Both the position numbers and the translations under genes were made by a program. This document shows positions 59,620-64,000 of a DNA stretch of 64,000 nucleotides, in pieces. Under the pieces are notes generated by a model. The model saw only the letters and a program-made list of their open reading frames with translations, was not told where the DNA came from and did not search any database. Within the stretch, counting starts at the first letter, position 1. Every line of letters starts with the position of its first letter. This stretch comes from an uncultured Bifidobacteriaceae bacterium (GTDB lineage: Bacteria; Bacteroidota; Bacteroidia; UKL13-3), in assembly GCA_964392775.1 (NCBI GenBank), contig CAYMRD010000007.1:67516-131515 (forward strand), read 5' to 3'.

Positions 59620-59772
59620 GTCACACTGAGTTTGCCGAAGTGTTTACTTAGAACAAGCTTCGGTGAATTCATGTTTCGATAAACTCAACATGACGAAAAC
59701 AGTCACACAAAGTTTATATTTTGTCACACTGAGTTCATCGAAGTGTGCTCCGGTAAACTCAACATGACAAAA
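59620..59772. repeat. Two tandem ~75-85-bp direct-repeat units. The second unit contains the start of the downstream FMN-reductase gene.
   Basis: Unit 1 is tgtcacactgagtttgccgaagtgt...aaactcaacatgacgaaaacag. Unit 2 is tgtcacactgagttcatcgaagtgtg...aaactcaacatgacaaaacag. Confidence 0.65.
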
Positions 59773-60360
59773 CAGAAAAACAACTACATGAATATATCCA
59801 TTCTATCGGGTTCGGCAAGGGCCCAAAACAATACCATAAGAGTAGGCAAAGCCATTGCTTTACGATTGCAACAAATGGGGCATACAGCAACTCTTGTGGA
59901 TTTCATAGAATATGATATCCCCCTGATGAATCAGGGGGGAATTGATGAGAATAACCTTACACCTTTTCAGCAAGAACTTGCTAACTCCATGCGGGCGGCT
60001 GATGCCGTTTTGCTTATCACACCCGAATACAACTGGAGCACCACACCCGAAATTTTAAACTTTTTGCACCGCATGAGCGACCGCAGGTTTAAAGACCTGT
60101 TCGACCAAAAGGTATTTGCCACCGTGGGCGTATCAACCGGCAAAGGTGGTAAAGCTCCGGCCTTGCACCTGCACAGCATCCTCAATAAGATTATCAGCTT
60201 CACCGATCTGGATTCGCTGGTATCGGCTAAAATTTTTGAAGCGCACTATACCAAAGAAGTGCTGGATGAAAACGGACACTCCTTAGGCAACGAACTGTTT
60301 GACGCGGGACTGAATGATTTTATACGGTATACGCTGCGGATAACAGGAAGGTGGAAGTGA
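59764..60360 (+). CDS. NADPH-dependent FMN reductase-family oxidoreductase (flavodoxin-like fold).
   Basis: ISILSGSAR...LLITPEYNWS motif layout. Start placed at MTKQKNNYMNISIL. Confidence 0.7.
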   Translation: MTKQKNNYMNISILSGSARAQNNTIRVGKAIALRLQQMGHTATLVDFIEYDIPLMNQGGIDENNLTPFQQELANSMRAADAVLLITPEYNWSTTPEILNFLHRMSDRRFKDLFDQKVFATVGVSTGKGGKAPALHLHSILNKIISFTDLDSLVSAKIFEAHYTKEVLDENGHSLGNELFDAGLNDFIRYTLRITGRWK

Positions 60361-60872
60361 TAGTCACGGACGGCACGTCCGCGACAACGGGGAATGATAA
60401 CTCCGGGGCTGTGTGGAGCAACGTTATTTCATCCGTTAAAATTTTTAACTGATATTCTAAATAATGCCAAACCAATCTTTGTCTGCCTCTTGCACCATTG
60501 GATGGAGTAACCAATTCACCACCAATTTTTGCTATAGGGCAATATGCTTTTTTAGGGAAATATTTCTGAAATGCTGTTTGGAAAAAATAATAGCGTTTCC
60601 AGTTGAGCCTCCTTAAAGAAATTCTAATAGAATGAGGTACTATTTTTTTTCCTATGTTGATGATTGATTCATTTTCTTGTTTAGCTTTTTCGTTTATAGT
60701 TCGTTGCTTTGTGCAGCACAAGCGGATGGCGGCAAGGTGCGGCCAAGATAAATAAAAAGACGGAAACACAATATTGAACGCAGAAAAAACGCACTTGTAA
60801 TAAAGGGGTATTATGGTAACGACATTGGTTATATGGATGGAGAATACACGTCTGCCGTAATTCCCGATTTGA

Positions 60873-61235
60873 TTATTGTCGTAGAATCTTTTCCATCTTT
60901 TTGCCTTTCGCCAATTCGTCCACCAGCTTGTCCAAATACCTTGCTTGTTTTGTTAATGGATTTTCAATTTCTTCTATCCGATAGCCACAAATTACTCCTG
61001 TTATTAGTTGTGCGTTGGGGTTCAGGTTTGCTCTCTTAAAAAAGGTTTCAAAAGTTGCTTTTTCGTCAATGAGTTCTCGCAGTTTTTTGTCATCAAATCC
61101 TGTCAGCCATTCTATTATCTGATGCAATTCCCCTTTTGTCCGGCCTTTGCCCTCAACCTTAGTGATGTAGTGCGGATATACCGATGCGAATGTCATTTTT
61201 GCAATTCGCTCATCGTGTTCGGGAGTTGTTTTCAT
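60873..61235 (-). CDS. DUF2200-domain protein.
   Basis: [47 protein letters not shown]... matches DUF2200 family blocks. Confidence 0.6.
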   Translation of the reverse strand: MKTTPEHDERIAKMTFASVYPHYITKVEGKGRTKGELHQIIEWLTGFDDKKLRELIDEKATFETFFKRANLNPNAQLITGVICGYRIEEIENPLTKQARYLDKLVDELAKGKKMEKILRQ

Positions 61236-61314
61236 AACGTATGTTTTAATATTGTCTGCTAAATTTATAAGTCGTTTCAGGTGATTATTTGCTACCACCT
61301 GATGAATCAGGTGT

Positions 61315-62643
61315 CTATAAAATAATAATCTGAACCCGTATTTGGTAAATCTGCAACGCGCCTGTTAAATCATACCGGCTCAATTGTCCATATCCGTAAA
61401 TAAACTCGGTGCGCACAATTTTCGACATATACCAATTGACCATTGGGGTAAGCCTCCAGAACCGGCCGCCTTTAATGGTGCCATCGTTCAAATCAAGACT
61501 TGAAAAACGAAGCACTGCTTCCCATTCGCCCCAGCCTCCTTTAAAAACAGATTTCCGCACCGGCACAAATCCAAACAGACTACTGGTGGTATTGTAAGGA
61601 CGTGTGGTATTGGTGAGCAAATAACTTGCTACCACATCGCCTCCCAAAAATTTGTGATTGGCGGCTGTGTTTGAATGAAAACTGTGAACCATTACCTCTG
61701 AACCCAATAATAACCTTCCTGTACTGTAATAGGCTTCCCCACCGATATGTGTTGAGTTATCGGCTGCAAAGGAACCGGTATTGATAATCTGAGGGGCAGG
61801 GTTTGATTCGGGACGGGATTTCAGGGTGATTTTTCCGTTAACGGGGACGCCATAGCGGTAATTTCCTCCAATATGGAATACTCTGTTTGTTTTTGGATCA
61901 AAAAAAGGTAACCATCCCACACGCATATCATATTGCCATGCATAGGTTGAAAATCCCTGCCCCTTCGATACAAAATCATTGTAGTATCCGATATTCCAAA
62001 ATATTCTCGATTTTTCGAAGGAACCGAAATATTTGATTCCATCGGCCAGAATCGGAATTACATCCAGAGCCATTTGGCGTTCGGCCGTCCAGGGTGAATA
62101 CCCGTTCATCACCTTTACCATTGAATATCCTTCTTTGGTACGGCCAACAAAAAAGTGTCCGGCAAGTTCGGGAACCCCGATGGTCAATCCCGATTCACGA
62201 ATCCACCACGCTTTTTGGTCCCCATCATACATATACGCAAACTTCCACGATAAGGCTCTTTTGGTTCGGAACTGCCCGCTGGCTAATATCCTGAAATCCC
62301 GTGTTTCATACATCGACTTTACTTCCAGCCCGGCCGAATCCATTTGTTGTTTGAATACATCATTCATAACGTATCCTGCATATTCGGGCAGAAACCCCAT
62401 ACCAAGCTTAAAGGTAGAGAAAGGAGTTACGACCTCATTGGGTTGAACATCTTTGGGTTTGCCGGTTGTGGAGTCTATTTCCGGAACAATATGCATCGTA
62501 CCATCTGTTCCATCCGGAATTGTTTTTTTTGGAGCCTGCGCCCGGGAAGGTGCTGAGGATAGTAATGCTGCAACAAGCAATAGCCAATAAATACGAGTAA
62601 AACACCTGATGGAAGATTGTATATGCACGGTTTTTTTGTTCAT
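61315..62643 (-). CDS. Outer-membrane porin, phosphate-selective porin O/P-like.
   Basis: Signal peptide present. Beta-barrel pattern throughout. C-terminal [23 protein letters not shown] block. Confidence 0.55.
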   Translation of the reverse strand: MNKKTVHIQSSIRCFTRIYWLLLVAALLSSAPSRAQAPKKTIPDGTDGTMHIVPEIDSTTGKPKDVQPNEVVTPFSTFKLGMGFLPEYAGYVMNDVFKQQMDSAGLEVKSMYETRDFRILASGQFRTKRALSWKFAYMYDGDQKAWWIRESGLTIGVPELAGHFFVGRTKEGYSMVKVMNGYSPWTAERQMALDVIPILADGIKYFGSFEKSRIFWNIGYYNDFVSKGQGFSTYAWQYDMRVGWLPFFDPKTNRVFHIGGNYRYGVPVNGKITLKSRPESNPAPQIINTGSFAADNSTHIGGEAYYSTGRLLLGSEVMVHSFHSNTAANHKFLGGDVVASYLLTNTTRPYNTTSSLFGFVPVRKSVFKGGWGEWEAVLRFSSLDLNDGTIKGGRFWRLTPMVNWYMSKIVRTEFIYGYGQLSRYDLTGALQIYQIRVQIIIL

Positions 62644-62986
62644 GCTTTCGGGTTTATGCCTGGGTGCAAATTAGCAATCCTTCGGTGGAATAATTATAAA
62701 ACCTGATTCAATATTAATTGAATAGACTCCTGTTTAGTCTACGGGATTTATAAACGTTGGTGATGTTGTAATTATAGTGTTGATGATTCATTCAATGTAT
62801 ATCCGCAAGTGTATCCCAATGCATATTTGGCATGGCTCAAAGTATCACTAAGTTTAGATTCTACTGGTAAATTTGCAGATATACACTTCATTTTATCCAT
62901 TTAATCTGCGGCAATTTTCTCTCAACACACTTTTACAACATGCCGTAAACGTTTAATCGTTACACTAAAAACCTGATGGGTTTTGA

Positions 62987-63787
62987 TTATCTCATTCCAC
63001 CCATTTTTTTGACAATAAATTTAACGGCTTTGGCCGGGGCAATCCGATAGAGTATGTCCAGCAGACGGGCATCCTTACCCACCATTACCCGGAATTTATT
63101 TTTTTCGATCGCATCAATCATAATGGCGGCAGCTGTTGAGGCCGACAATGCCATATTACCCTGAGCCTTCTTCGATTCGGCTTCTTCGGCAGCAGATTTA
63201 ATGCCTGAGTTCGACATAATATTGGTATTGACGGCACCGGGATGAATAACGGTTACGCCCACCGATGTGCCTTGCAACTCGGCAAACAGACCTTCGGTGA
63301 GCAGCTTTACGGCAGCTTTAGAGGCTCCGTAAAAAGTTTGCCCCGGAAAAGGAATAAAACCACCCATGCTTGATACATTGGCAATATGCGCTTCAGGTCG
63401 TTTTAATAAATGAGGCAAAAACGATTTGGTCATATAGAGCGTACCGTAAAAGTTAATATTCATAATGCGTTCAATCACATCATAACCCAAATCGTTTACA
63501 TCTACAAAGGGTTGAATAATACCCGCATTGTTAATCAGTCCATCTACGCAACCATGAACACGGATCACTTCATCCGGAAACCTTTCAACCTTTTCGCGGT
63601 CGCTAATGTTTAAGAGATGAATGGACACATTTGATTCACCTGCTGATTGAGCGGTTTCCTTCATGCCTTGCTCATTGATATCGGCCATGGCAACCGTGGC
63701 TCCTTTTTTTACCAATTGCAATGTCAACTCCCGTCCCATGCCACTTCCGGCTCCTGTTACAACGATAACTTTGTTCCTGATTTTCAT
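62987..63787 (-). CDS. Short-chain dehydrogenase/reductase (SDR).
   Basis: TGAGSGMG cofactor motif, NNAG, and the catalytic YGASKAA. Confidence 0.85.
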   Translation of the reverse strand: MKIRNKVIVVTGAGSGMGRELTLQLVKKGATVAMADINEQGMKETAQSAGESNVSIHLLNISDREKVERFPDEVIRVHGCVDGLINNAGIIQPFVDVNDLGYDVIERIMNINFYGTLYMTKSFLPHLLKRPEAHIANVSSMGGFIPFPGQTFYGASKAAVKLLTEGLFAELQGTSVGVTVIHPGAVNTNIMSNSGIKSAAEEAESKKAQGNMALSASTAAAIMIDAIEKNKFRVMVGKDARLLDILYRIAPAKAVKFIVKKMGGMR

Positions 63788-64000
63788 GTTTCTTAATGAT
63801 TAAGTTTAAGATTATGTCGATTTCCTAAACGGGTCAGCTAACGTTCCGTAAATTTGATTTGGCACTGGTTCAACCGAAAACTAAGATAAATTATAATTCG
63901 GAATGATATACTCAAATGTTGGGATTGATTTCAACAATTCTAATTGTTGAGCAGGGCCACATTTAGCAGAATTAAACCGTTAACGAACCCCGAAACCCTC

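Noticed and set aside
60320-60769. 149-aa minus-strand ORF in the AT-rich gap.
   Set aside because: Overlaps the 3' end of the FMN reductase. Composition looks non-coding. The region is kept as a finding rather than called as a gene.

Overview
The window reads as a chromosomal segment from a Bacteroidota-type genome. Supporting signs are an IPExxxVDY protein next to acpP-fabF-rnc, DUF4834/DUF3108/DUF2200-like small proteins, a Bacteroidota-style antitoxin/ParE pair, and TolC-HlyD efflux genes. About 60 genes are present. Housekeeping genes include hutU, maeB, tatC, rpiB, pyk, acpP, fabF, rnc, ftsH, menB/menD, xth, polA, gpsA and a tRNA-Leu(CAG).

The most unusual content is a four-gene minus-strand cluster at 10706..16223. 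It encodes a PapD-like periplasmic chaperone, two paralogous secreted subunits with spore-coat-protein-U/Csu-pilin-like termini, and a 984-aa outer-membrane usher-like protein. This looks like an archaic (sigma-type) chaperone-usher pilus system in non-canonical gene order. A secreted M1 aminopeptidase follows it closely.

Other notable signals:
- A ~130-bp MITE-like intergenic repeat family with at least three full copies plus fragments, associated with low-GC gene islets.
- An array of four CTCCGGAG-core palindromes spaced about 50 bp apart.
- A decayed ParE/RelE toxin next to an intact antitoxin.
- An intact MazF toxin-antitoxin pair abutting a TolC-HlyD pair that lacks any transporter gene.
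- A NodB-like deacetylase fused by start/stop overlap to a processive (QxxRW) GT2 synthase.
- An ~85-bp duplication spanning the 5' end of an FMN-reductase gene.
- An unannotated 46-codon ORF with a CNC motif.

No transposase, integrase, CRISPR array or rRNA was seen.
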